A stretch of DNA of 64,000 bases, taken from the NCBI GenBank assembly GCA_002269645.1, contig NIVC01000095.1:496001-560000 (forward strand). The letters are read 5' to 3'. Both the position numbers and the translations under genes were made by a program. The notes below the pieces were generated by a model. The model saw only the letters and a program-made list of their open reading frames with translations. It searched no databases and was not told the origin of the DNA. Below are positions 11,672 to 24,346 of the stretch, one piece after another (the first letter of the stretch is position 1; the number at the start of each line of letters is the position of its first letter). Origin of the DNA: Macrostomum lignano. Taxonomy: Eukaryota.

Positions 11672-14600
11672 ATGACCTCATCAGGCCAATCAAGCAATCA
11701 GACAGTTGACCTGTCAGCTCAGGGTCTTCGCCAGTTGCAACTGCCATTAGAGGCTCGACCAGTGACTCTGATTCTTGATAGAAATGAGCTCAAAAGAATC
11801 GAGAATCTTGAGAGCTATCACGAATTGAAGCAGGTACTGCAAAACTAGTTGTTAACTACTAATAAAAGTAATACTGTACACAGCGGGCCATAACCCAGTG
11901 GTCTAGCGCGGCTCTCTGATGTGCCAGCGGCCCAAGCTCGATTCTAAGTGCAGTCACATTAATTTGGGGCCCTAAATTTGAGTCTCGACTTGGCTCTGCT
12001 CGTGCAATTAACGCCCTTGAGTGTGTGTGAGTGAGTGTGCCTGTGCGTATGACTGCGTACATATCCGCGCGGTTGTGTGCCTGCTCAGGGGAGTGGGCGG
12101 AATAGACAGGGTGCACACAGCCTCCTGATTCTTCCATATACTAATAATACTGTATACTGATATCCTCTTTGATTTACACAGTTATCCATAGCCAGCAACC
12201 GCATCGTGAGCATGTCGGGCGTACTACAATTGGCCAATTTAACAGTTCTCAATCTGCCTAACAATGATTTGTCATCTATTGAGGGTACTAGAAATTTGAC
12301 TAAACTGACTTGGCTCAATCTGTCTGGCAATCGAATTCGGGTGAGATTGCTTTGCTGCTTGCTCTTTTAAATTCACAGCGGAGTACCTTTGTCAATGACC
12401 TCTAAATATTTTCGGAATCGTCCCCTAAAACAGTTAAAGCATCATCCATTCGGCCACATTACTGGCCTCTGAACCTCTTCAAGAATCGCCCGTTTACCCC
12501 CTGAAGAATTGTTCCTAAACACCTTGAAAAACTGCCACTGAACCACCTGAAGAATTGCCCCTGAACCACCTGAAGAATTGCCCCTTAATATCGAAAGAAT
12601 GGCTCCTGAACCACCTGAAGAATCGTTCCTAAACCCCTTGAAAATCGACCCTGAACCACCTTGAGAATCGCCCTTCACCCAACTCAAGAATCGCCCCTGA
12701 CAACTCAAGAATCGCCCCTGACAACTCAAGAATCGCCCCTGACAACTCAAGAATCGCCCCTGTCTTAACTCAAGAATCGCCCCTGTCTCAACTCAAGAAT
12801 CGCCCCTGTCTCAACTCAAGAATCGCCCCTGACAACTCAAGAATCGCCCCTGACAACTCAAGAATCGCCCCTGACAACTCAAGAATCGCCCCTGTCTTAA
12901 CTCAAGAATCGCTTATGACTCACCTCTAGAATCGCCCCTGACAACTCAAGAATCGCCCCTGATTCAACTCAAGAATCGCCCCTGACAACTCAAGAATCGC
13001 CCCTGTCTCAACTCAAGAATCGCTTATGACCCACCTCTAGAATCGCCCCTGACTCACTTCTAGAATCGCCCCTGACTCACCTCTAGAATCGCCCCTGACT
13101 CACCTCAAGAATCGCCCCTGAACCAACTCAAGAATCGTCATTGGCCCAACTCAAGAATCGCCATTGGCCCAACTCAAGAATCGCCCCTGACCCAACTGAG
13201 GAGTCGCCCCTGAACCAGCTTTGTTAGTGGCAACTTGTTCACCGCTTCTACCCAGTACCGACCTATTAACGAATTTGCAGAGCATCGAGAACCTGACTCG
13301 CACTGTTAATTTGCGTCATTTGGACTTGTCGGACAACCAGATAACAGCCCTAGCAGATCTGTCGCATTTGAAATCGTTAAGGGTGAGCAAGGAAGGATGG
13401 CTATATCCCCATGGATTACAACTATATTTCATAATTCATATTCTTGCTTTATATTAAAAACCAAATAATGTCCCAACTGCCAGACACTTCTGCTTCACGG
13501 CAATCGCTTGGCAACGCTACGAAAATTGCCGCAATATTTTCCCGGTTCAATAACCATCCTGTCATTGGCTGAGAATATCATTGAGGAGATGACAGATGTG
13601 AGTGATGTGTCCTCATTTATTTATTGTTTTGATCATTCGTTTCTCAACACTCCATTATCAAGTTGTTTACCTTGTGCATTGTTGAAATTTCAATTTTTAT
13701 AATCAGATGTCGCACTTGGCGCACTTGAAAAAGCTGGAACAGCTGTCTGTTAAAAATAATCCTTGCGTTGAAGCTCTGCCGGAGTGGTGAGTTGATTCCT
13801 AATTAGGAAATTGTTTTTTTTGAATTGTAGAAAAAAAGGATTTCAAAATAGTTTCAAGATAAGGAAGTTTTTGGATTGCGAAATAATTTTGAAGAATGGG
13901 TCCAGAATTTTTAGGATTTCCAATTTATGGAAAAGAATGGAATTTTTTGGGATTTCCAATTTATGGAAAAGAATGGATTTTTTTGGGATTTCCAATTTAT
14001 GAAGAGAATGGAATTTTTTGGGATTTCAAATTTATGGGGAAGAATGGGACATTTGAGATTTCCAATTAATGGGGAAGAATTGAATTTTTGGGATTTCCAA
14101 TGTATAGGGAAGAATGGAATATTTGGGATTTCCAATTTATGGGGAAGAAGATGATTTCTTGGATTTCCGATTTGTGGGAGAGAAGGGGATTTCGGGATTT
14201 CCAATTTATGGGGAAAATGAGATTTTTGGGATTTCCAATTTATGCGAAAGAAGATGATTTCTTGGATTTCCAATTTATGGGAGAGAAGGGGATTTCGGGA
14301 TTTCCAATTTATGGGAAAGAAAGGAATTTTTGAAGCTTCAATTTAGTATAAATGTAGGTGGAATTATGGGGAAGAATGAGCTTTTGGGATTTCCGATTTT
14401 TAGGGTGGAATAGAATTTTATAATTTTCAATTTATGGATAAGAATAGGATTTGAGAATTTCGAATTTATGAGGCAGAAGAGATTTGGGATTTCCATTTTT
14501 TGGGAAGAATGGGATATTTGGGATTTTCAATTTATGTTGAAAATGAGATATTGGGATTTCCAATTTATGGGGAAGAATGGGATTTTGGGATTCCTATTTT

Positions 14601-17600
14601 GGGGTAAGAAGAGGATTTTTGGGAGTTTAAACTGCGGTGATTTTATTAATTTCCGTGCTAATTTATCAAATCAATGAAATCAGATGTATTATAATTTGTC
14701 CCAATTCCACAGCCAGTTCAACTACCGTCCCTACATTGTGAACTGGTGCCCGGGTTTAAAACTACTGGATGGCACGCCAGTATCGGAACCCGAGTCGCTC
14801 AAAGCTGAATGGCTGTACAGTCAAGGTCGCGCAAGGCACTTTGTCACCGGTCAGCACTCGGAACTGATCGCCTATCTTTGTCAGCACTGCCCGCCTAGAG
14901 AGGCTGCTCAAGAGTCCGACCTGCTAGCTAAAGTGCTCAACAAACGGCGCATCCATCGTCAGGAAGTGTCAGCCAGCCGAGCGTCCGCAGCCAGCAGCAC
15001 CGCCAACGATCCAGCCGCGGATTCTGTCAGGTCATCGTCTTCAACATTGAATCGAACGTTGAATTTTGGTTTAGAAGAGGAGGCCAGAGTTGTGAGCAGT
15101 GGCGGAGGCGGTGGAGGTGGCTATCAACCATTGAAGCATTCGAACCTGCGGCCTAGTACGGCTCCTGAGTATCAGCCGGCTCAGAAGCAGCCGCCTCCGC
15201 AACCAGCTAGCAACAGAGACAGAGTTGTTCGACTACCGCCCCGAGCTACTCTGGGCTATGAGACTCATTCGTCTGACTCAGACACGGTCACTAGAGATGA
15301 CGAATTGAACAGTTCACTGCTGCAATCTGAATCTGTGTATGTGCCTGTTGCGGCTACTAATAGTAGTACTAATAATAGTAGTAGGCATCGGATCAGTCAG
15401 CAGCCTCAGCAGCAGCAGCATCTGCAGCAGGGACCTCCGGGTAGTCCAGCAGCGCCTATTGTGACGTCACCGGCTACGGGGGTCGCAAACGCTGAGCTGG
15501 TCACTTTGAAGCCGCCTTCTCCGTCTGTTGTTGGGCCGCATTTTGTTGGCAATCGGAAGCCAGTTTTTGCTGATCCGGTTCGGAACAAAGGTAAATGAAT
15601 AGTCTATTGTTCTTTAAAAGTTGCAAAACAAATTATTTGAGATTTTCGAAAAGTTTTCAACTTTACAAGTAGGTTTTAAACTTCATAAACACATTTGAAA
15701 CCTTCTATAAACACATTTGAAATTTTATAAACACATTTGAAGCTTGATAAAAGCATTTGAAACTTCATAAATACATCTTAAACTTTATGAACAAGTTTGA
15801 AGCTCCTAATCTCTGGTGTCTTTTCGAAGGAATTATTTCTTAATATAAATTGAGAAAACATTTTATTCAACTTGATCCGATTTCAGGCGTTATGACACTA
15901 AAAGAGCTGAGTATGTGTTTCTTCTCCTATTTTTTAGTTTAGTTAATAAATGGAATTGTTTGATGAAAAGCTTTTTTAGTTTACCTTGTTTCATTTCCTG
16001 ACCACCTAGATTGTTGTAGCAAAGTGAAAAATGCTTCTCTCTGCTCCTAAAAGATAATCGGTTACTGAGTTTTGGCGTACTTTTAGCATGTTTATATTGT
16101 GTTGTTTATTTAAGTATTCCTTGGTGTCCTGCTTAAAGTTTATTACATGCTTATTGCACAACTGTCTCCTGAATTCGCCTGTCTGTCTGTCAAGTGTACC
16201 CGCGACTCGTATTAACCAAAAACTTCTCCGTGGACACCAAACCATCCTATTAGTAAGTTATTAGCCAATTAATTTATTTCTGCAGAGCTGCACGCGGCCG
16301 CTGTGCGAATCCAGTCGGCATGGCGCGGCTATCGGGCGCGCCATTTGAACGCGCGAATTCGGCGCTTGCGCGAACGACTTTACCGGCGTCGGGTGCAGCA
16401 GCATTTGGCATTTCTGCACAGGCAGCTAGAGGTGTACTATGAGTCCTACCAGCAGGAGAGGCGCTGCCGCCTGTTGCAGGTTGTTAGCGAAAGCAAACAG
16501 TTGTTTTGGGAATCTTAGTACACCGCCAAAACACAGAAAGTACCGTTCCTAAACGGACCTGAGAAATCGCCCTTAAGCTACCTAAAAAATCACCCCTTTA
16601 TCACCTGAAGAATCGCCCCCTTAACCACCCGAAGAATCGCCCCTTAATCACCTGAAGAATCGCCCCTAAACCACCTGAAGAATCCCCTCTATCACTACCT
16701 GAAGAATCGCCCCTAAACCACCTGAAGAATCCCCTCTATCACTACCTGAAGAATCGCCCCTAAACCACCTGAAGAATCCCCTCTATCACTACCTGAAGAA
16801 TCGCCCCTAAACCACCTGAAGAATCCCCTCTATCACTACCTGAAAAATCGCCCCTTAACCACCTGAAGAATCGCCCCTAAACCACCCGAAGAATCGCCCC
16901 TTAATCACCTGAAGAATCGCCCCTAAAACACCTGAAGAATCCCCTCTATCACTACCTGAAGAATCGCCCCTAAAACACCTGAAGAATCCCCTCTATCACT
17001 ACCTGAAGAATCGCCCCTAAAACACCTGAAGAATACCCTCTATCACTACCTGAAGAATCGCCCCTAAACCACATAAAGAATCGCCCCTTAACCACCTGAA
17101 GAATCCCCTCTATCACTACCTGAAGAATCCACCTGAAGAATCGCCCCTAAACCACCTGAAGAATCCCCTCTATCACTACCTGAAAAATCGCCCCTTAACC
17201 ACCTGAAGAATCGCCCCTTAACCACCCGAAGAATCGCCCCTTAATCACCTGAAGAATCGCCCCTAAACCACCTGAAGAATCCCCTCTATCACTACCTGAA
17301 GAATCGCCCCTAAACCACCTGAAGAATCCCCTCTATCACTACCTGAAGAATCGCCCCTAAACCACCCGAAGAATCCCCTCTATCACTACCTGAAGAATCG
17401 CCCCTAAACCACCTGAAGAATCCCCTCTATCACTACCTGAAGAATCGCCCCTTAACCACCCGAAGAATCGCCCCTTAATCACCTGAAGAATCGCCCCTAA
17501 ACCACCTGAAGAATCCCCTCTATCACTACCTGAAGAATCGCCCCTAAACCACCTGAAGAATCCCCTCTATCACTACCTGAAGAATCGCCCCTAAACCACC

Positions 17601-20600
17601 CGAAGAATCCCCTCTATCACTACCTGAAGAATCGCCCCTAAACCACCTGAAGAATCCCCTCTATCACTACCTGAAGAATCGCCCCTAAAACACCTGAAGA
17701 ATACCCTCTATCACTACCTGAAAAATCGCCCCTAAAACACCTGAAGAATCCCCTCTATCACTACCTGAAGAATCGCCCCTAAAACACCTGAAGAATACCC
17801 TCTATCACTACCTGAAGAATCGCCCCTAAAACACCTGAAGAATCCCCTCTATCACTACCTGAAGAATCGCCCCTAAAACACCTGAAGAATCCCCTCTATC
17901 ACTACCTGAAGAATCGCCCCTAAAACATCTGAAGAATCCCCTCTATCACTACCTGAAGAATCGCCCCTAAAACACCTGAAGAATACCCTCTATCACTACC
18001 TGAAAAATCGCCCCTAAAACACCTGAAGAATCCCCTCTATCACTACCTGAAGAATCGCCCCTAAAACACCTGAAGAATACCCTCTATCACTACCTGAAGA
18101 ATCGCCCCTAAAACACCTGAAGAATACCCTCTATCACTACCTGAAGAATCGCCCCTAAAACACCTGAAGAATACCCTCTATCACTACCTGAAGAATCGCC
18201 CCTAAAACACCTGAAGAATACCCTCTATCACTACCTGAAGAATCGCCCCTAAACCACCTGAAGAATCCCCTCTATCACTACCTGAAGAATCGCCCCTAAA
18301 ACACCTGAAGAATCCCCTCTATCACTACCTGAAGAATCGCCCCTAAAACACCTGAAGAATACCCTCTATCACTACCTGAAGAATCGCCCCTAAACCACCT
18401 GAAGAATCCCCTCTATCACTACCTGAAGAATCCACCTGAAGAATCGCCCCTTAATCACCTGAAGAATCCCCTCTATCACTACCTGAAGAATCGCCCCTAA
18501 AACACCTGAAGAATCCCCTCTATCACTACCTGAAGAATCGCCCCTAAAACACTTGAAGAATACCCTCTATCACTACCTGAAGAATCGCCCCTAAAACACC
18601 TGAAGAATACCCTCTATCACTACCTGAAGAATCGCCCCTAAACCACCTGAAGAATCCCCTCTATCACTACCTGAAGAATCGCCCCTAAAACACCTGAAGA
18701 ATCCCCTCTATCACTACCTGAAGAATCGCCCCTAAAACACCTGAAGAATACCCTCTATCACTACCTGAAGAATCGCCCCTAAACCACCTGAAGAATCCCC
18801 TCTATCACTACCTGAAGAATCCACCTGAAGAATCGCCCTTTAACCACCTGAAGAATCCCCTCTATCACTACCTGAAAAATCGCCCCTTAACCACCTGAAG
18901 AATCGCCCCTAAACCACATGAAGAATCGCCCCTTAACCACCTGAAGAATCCCCTCTATCACTACCTGAAAAATCGCCCCTTAACCACCTGAAGAATCGCC
19001 CCTAAACCACATGAAGAATCGCCCCTTAACCACCTGAAGAATCCCCTCTATCACTACCTGAAGAATCCACCTGAAGAATCGCCCCTAAACCACCTGAAGA
19101 ATCCCCTCTATCACTACCTGAAAAATCGCCCCTTAACCACCTGAAGAATCGCCCCTAAACCACCCGAAGAATCGCCCCTTAATCACCTGAAGAATCGCCC
19201 CTAAAACACCTGAAGAATCCCCTCTATCACTACCTGAAGAATCGCCCCTAAAACACCTGAAGAATACCCTCTATCACTACCTGAAGAATCGCCCCTAAAA
19301 CACCTGAAGAATCCCCTCTATCACTACCTGAAGAATCGCCCCTTAACCACCTGAAGAATCGCCCCTTAACCACCTGAAGAATCGCCCCTAAACCACCCGA
19401 AGAATCGCCCCTTAATCACCTGAAGAATCGCCCCTAAACCACCCGAAGAATCCCCTCTATCACTACCTGAAGAATCGCCCCTAAAACACCTGAAGAATCC
19501 CCTCTATCACTACCTGAAGAATCGCCCCTAAAACACCTGAAGAATCCCCTCTATCACTACCTGAAAAATCGCCCCTAAAACACCTGAAGAATCCCCTCTA
19601 TCACTACCTGAAGAATCGCCCCTAAAACACCTGAAGAATACCCTCTATCACTACCTGAAGAATCGCCCCTAAAACACCTGAAGAATACCCTCTATCACTA
19701 CCTGAAGAATCGCCCCTTAACCACCTGAAGAATCCCCTCTATCACTACCTGAAGAATCGCCCCTTAACCACCTGAAGAATCGCCCCTTAACCACCTGAAG
19801 AATCGCCCCTAAACCACCCGAAGAATCGCCCCTTAATCACCTGAAGAATCGCCCCTAAACCACCCGAAGAATCCCCTCTATCACTACCTGAAGAATCGCC
19901 CCTAAAACACCTGAAGAATCCCCTCTATCACTACCTGAAGAATCGCCCCTTAACCACCTGAAGAATCGCCCCTAAACCACCTGAAGAATCGCCCCTAAAC
20001 CACCTGAAGAATCCCCTCTATCACTACCTGAAGAATCGCCCCTAAACCACCTGAAGAATCCCCTCTATCACTACCTGAAGAATCGCCCCTTAGCCACCTG
20101 AAGAATCGCCCCTTAATCACTCGTAGAATCTTTATCGAAGGATCTATAAAGCTGCGGTATTATTACAAAAGATGCCTCTTAATAACCCCTCTCCCAGGTA
20201 GAGGCGGTCCGCTGCCTCTTAGGCGAGGTGGAGCAGCTCAAACGTTGGCAGCCAGCCGTCAACGCCTCTCTACAACGCCTCGAAGAGCGCAACGACCTTG
20301 CCGAATTGCAAATTCAACGACTGCGCGAAGAGCTTCAACAGCAGCGAACTGATGGAGAGGAGGCATCGGGAAGTAATCAGAACAATAAAGATGCCGGTGC
20401 TACAAGCGGTGCTGCATTAACTACAGCTACAGCTGTTACTGACCTATTGAGCAGTGTTAAACATCCCGGATGTCCGCTGCCGCCTACTCAAGTCACCGTT
20501 GTTGCATTGGATAATGACAATGGCGCCAATGTTAGATCTATTGAAGTCAGATGGCAGCCGTCTGATGGGATTGTTACAGCGAAAGGTAAGTTTTACTTTA

Positions 20601-20689
20601 TTTAGTTGTATGCAGCTTCTCTATATTTAGTAGTAGTGGTAGTCTAGTAGTAGTAGTCGCAGTAGTAGTAGCAGTAGTAGTAGTAGTAA

Positions 20690-20725
<36 letters not shown>

Positions 20726-20755
20726 TAGTAGTAGTAATAGCAGTGGTAGTAGTAA

Positions 20756-20794
<39 letters not shown>

Positions 20795-21022
20795 TAGTAG
20801 TAGTAGTAATAGCAGTGGTAGTAGTAATAGTAGTAGTAGTAGTAATAGTAGTAGTAGTAGTAATAGTAGTAGTAGTAATAGTAGTAGTAGTAGTAGTAGT
20901 AGTAATAATAGTAGTAGTATTAGTAGTAGTAGTAGTGGTAGTAGTAGTAGTAGTAGTAATAGCAGTGGTAGTAGTATTAGTAGTAGTAGTAGTAGTAGTA
21001 GTAGTAATAATAGTAGTAGTAT

Positions 21023-21055
<33 letters not shown>

Positions 21056-21070
21056 TAGTAGTAGTAGTAA

Positions 21071-21114
<44 letters not shown>

Positions 21115-21992
21115 ATAGCAGTGGTAGTAGTAGTAGTAGTAGTAGTAATAGCAGTGGTAGTAGTAATAGTAGTAGTAGTAGTAGTAAGAGCAGTAGTAGT
21201 AGTAGTAGTAGTAATAGCAGTGGTAGTAGTAGTAGTAGTAGTAATAGTAGTAGTAGTAGTAGTAGTAGTAATAGCAGTGGTAGTAGTAGTAGTAGTAGTA
21301 ATAGCAGTGGTAGTAGTAGTAGTAGTAGTAATAGTAGTAGTAGTAGTAGTAGTATTAGCAGTGGTAGTAGTACTAGTAGTAGTAGTGGTGGTAGTTGTAG
21401 TACAACTACAACTATGTGGGGCAGTCAGACCAAAAAATCTAATCTGCAACCCTTGTCAAATTTTTAGTTTGAATTATGGCTACTTAAAGTAGTATCACAT
21501 GCTGATTAATCTCTCCCTCGTACATTTTCAGGCACTCTCACCCCAGGCGGCATCACAGGCTACGCAGTTTATATCAACGGAACAGAGCAGGCCCGAGTGT
21601 ACGACAGCAAATGCAGCTGCACAGTGGACCTGCCGCAGACCATTGTGTCTGCCGCCGCTGCCGCAGGTGCCCCGCCACCGCCTATCGCCGTAGCCGTAGC
21701 GGCTGTCTCTGATCTAGGCGAATCCTGCCTGTCCAGTCCTCTGGCTGTGTTTCGAGTTGGCCAAACAGCGACTGCCGATCATAGAGATGATGGCGATGAT
21801 GATGGAGAAGAAGAAGAAGCTGTGAGCAGTCGGAGTAGCGAAGCCTACGAAAGAGCGGATGTTGAGGATGTAGCGGCGGCTGCTGCGCGGATGCTGAGTC
21901 TGACGCCCGCTGAAGGCAGCGACGCGGATGTCAGCGCTGGCGACTTTGACATTCCACCGTCATCAGCTGGTGGCGGTAATTCCGCTGGTTGA
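11672..21992 (+). CDS. CEP97: Centrosomal protein CEP97 homolog (LRRs, IQ motif, coiled coil, plus C-terminal FN3-like domain), 9 exons, 845 aa
   Basis: Exons 11672-11833, 12182-12340, 13281-13382, 13484-13597, 13707-13786, 14713-15590, 16286-16479, 20198-20585, 21532-21992. All GT-AG and phase-compatible (2538 nt). N-terminal LRRs; CEP97-type LRR cap FNYRPYIVNWCPGLKLLDG...ESLKAEWLYSQG; IQ motif IQSAWRGYRAR. Confidence 0.88.
11883..12140 (+). mobile_element. Possible degenerate tRNA-derived SINE in CEP97 intron 1
   Basis: A-box-like taacccagtggtctag and B-box-like gctcgattct near the 5' end; taatactgta occurs on both flanks. Weak. Confidence 0.3.
12440..13220. repeat. ~21-bp minisatellite (ctcaagaatcgcccctgacaa) in CEP97 intron 2
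   Basis: Core (g/c)aagaatcgcccct, shared with the intron 7 array. Confidence 0.85.
13910..14620. repeat. Degenerate ~33-36-bp repeat (ttgggatttccaatttatggggaagaatgg) in CEP97 intron 5
   Basis: Recurrent gatttccaatttatgg core. Confidence 0.85.
16540..20125. repeat. 3.6-kb satellite of alternating 23- and 24-bp subunits (47-bp dimer) in CEP97 intron 7
   Basis: acctgaagaatcgcccctaaaac alternates with acctgaagaatcccctctatcact. Confidence 0.95.
20625..21410. repeat. (TAG)n trinucleotide expansion in CEP97 intron 8
   Basis: ~780 bp of agt/tag repeats with interruptions. Confidence 0.95.
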
Positions 21993-22239
21993 GAATGTGA
22001 CTCCCAACTGTTTTTTATCTTGTGTAGCTTTGCCTGTTAATGTTATTTGCCTGCTAATTAACATATATCATGAATTATTTATGAGAGCCTTAGCCGTGAC
22101 AAAAAAGTTTTTAAAGCTTAAAGCTTTAATAATTTTATGTATGATTATTCATAATGTATTCATTATTCATATTTTATGTATTTGTAGTTTTTCATTAATA
22201 GCATCTGTAGCTTTGAATATTATTGAAAATGACAAAATT

Positions 22240-22700
22240 GCAGAATGTGTCTATCTGCCGAATCTTTATCTATCTGCAGAATCTACTCATCTATCTGCAG
22301 AATCTACTCATCTATCTGCAGAATCTACTCATCTATCTGCAGAATCTACTCATCTATCTGCAGAATCTACTCATCTATCTGCAGAATCTACTCATCTATC
22401 TGCAGAATCTACTCATCTATCTGCAGAATCTACTCATCTATCTGCAGAATCTAAACATCTATCTGCAGAATCTACTCATCTATCTGCAGAATCTACTCAT
22501 CTATCTGCAGAATCTAAACATCTATCTGCAGAATCTAAGCATCTATCTGCAGAACCTTAGAAGCATCTATCTGCAGAATCTAATCGTTTATCTGAAGAAT
22601 CTAATCATCCATCTGAAGAATCTAATCATCCATCTGAAGAATCTAATCATCCATCTAAAGAATCTAATCATCCGTCTGCAGAATCTAAACATACTCGTAT
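22240..22700. repeat. 21-bp minisatellite (atctatctgcagaatctactc) 3' of the CEP97 stop
   Basis: Tandem array that degenerates distally. Confidence 0.9.
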
Positions 22701-23624
22701 ATCTGCAGAATTTAATTATCCATGTGCAGAATTCAAACACGTCTGCAGAACCAAATTACTTAATATAAACCAGAGGTCCAATAATGTTAGACGCACACTG
22801 TGTCTCACAGCTGGCTGTGCAATTTTCACCTGTGCGTTTAATAATTTATATCATAGTTACATCGTCTATTCAATATTATGTTCGATTATTGTTTTTTTCA
22901 AGTTAACTTACCATATATTACTACTGTTTTGCCAGGCATTAATTTAGTAGTATAGATAGCATTTTTGTTCTTTTGAAAACATGAACAATTTCTATTACTA
23001 AATTAAATGTTTTTTTGCTTTTCTTCTTTGCACTAAAATTGCGAAATTCCATCCGTCAGTCTCCGGTTATTCCTTCTTTTTCTCTTTTCTTTTAACTGAA
23101 GCCGTCCAGTTTTGTCCAGCTCTAAATTTCCTTTTAATTTTATTTAATCATTGAACACTTAAGATTATTCTAAATTCATGTAAGCAGTTCAATATGTGCG
23201 TATGTCATACTATAATGCACTAACTGCTTTTGCTATTGGTTTTTTCTATATGTTGCACTACAAGTAACAATAAAGCTCATTTTCTACAAAGTTACTTACT
23301 TTAAACTTCAAGACTTGTGTTTTTTAACGTATTATGCATTTATCGATACATATCGGCGGTAAGTTTAGTAACCATTTTCCTACTAAGTTTAAGATAAAAA
23401 ATTTATATTTAATTTTGTTAGTCAAATGTCACAGGAATCGAACCTAGGACCACTAGCCTAGCCTGTTGTATTATGTGTGTATCGATACATATCGGTGTTC
23501 TGTTTTTATGCCGCAGCTGCTCCCGGTTCCCTCTTAATTTTTTTATATATTTTTATTATATTAAAGTTAGTAGTATGATAATGGTATCGTAGCAGTGAGA
23601 CAGAAAAATTGTTCAAATTATTTA

Positions 23625-23689
23625 GTCACAGGAATCGAATCCGGGACCTATAGCAAGAAAAGGCAGCGCGATAGCCACTCTGCCATGCG
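23625..23689 (-). pseudogene. tRNA-like / SINE-head remnant; a second, partial copy lies at ~23425-23465
   Basis: The - strand reads tggcagagtgg (A box) ... ggattcgattcc (B box) at tRNA-like spacing, but there is no complete cloverleaf. Confidence 0.45.
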
Positions 23690-23791
23690 TCTGATGCTAC
23701 ATTCTGTACTTTTATATTATTATTACGCTACATATCGGTGGTTTTCAACTCCAATTCGATTTTTTATTTTTCAGAGACTTTAAGCCTAACG

Positions 23792-24312
23792 ATGCTGCAA
23801 ATTCTATTGCAAGCCACTCTACTGATGACGTCATCGTCTCTAGTAGCCGCATCCGAAGGCGATCAAGCCTATGTGCATCACATTTGCATGGAAAAGTGCT
23901 TGGCTAAGGCGGGCTGCAGCGAGGCTAAAGTCAGACGGGATCGGGCGGCCCACCCGCTGACCAGGTGGACAACTGACTCGTGCGAAGACCAGTGCAAGCA
24001 CGACTGCCTGTGGCAGACTGTGACCGCTTTTCATCGCGACGGCTTGCCGACGCCAAAGTTCTACGGTCGATGGCCGTTCCTTCGGCTGTTGGGCCTGCAG
24101 GAGCCCGCGTCGGCGCTGTTCTCCGCGCTTAATTGCGCCTGTCACGTCTATATGTTTGCGGCGTTCCGGGAGCAGGTGAGGCGTTTCTGAGTTTGAGACT
24201 GGATAATGACCTATTATACTACTGATACTACTCATCTATGCTTAGTACTGATACTATAACGTAAATAGTGCTAACGATGAATTGCTATTATTAGTTACTA
24301 CTACTACTACTG

Positions 24313-24346
<34 letters not shown>

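Noticed and set aside
16540-20125. CRISPR-like alternating repeat pattern
   Set aside because: The 'spacers' are themselves repeated, there are no cas genes, and the context is a eukaryotic intron.
20598-21492. Poly-Thr (mucin-like) and poly-Val ORFs
   Set aside because: (TAG)n tract lying within a phase-consistent CEP97 intron.
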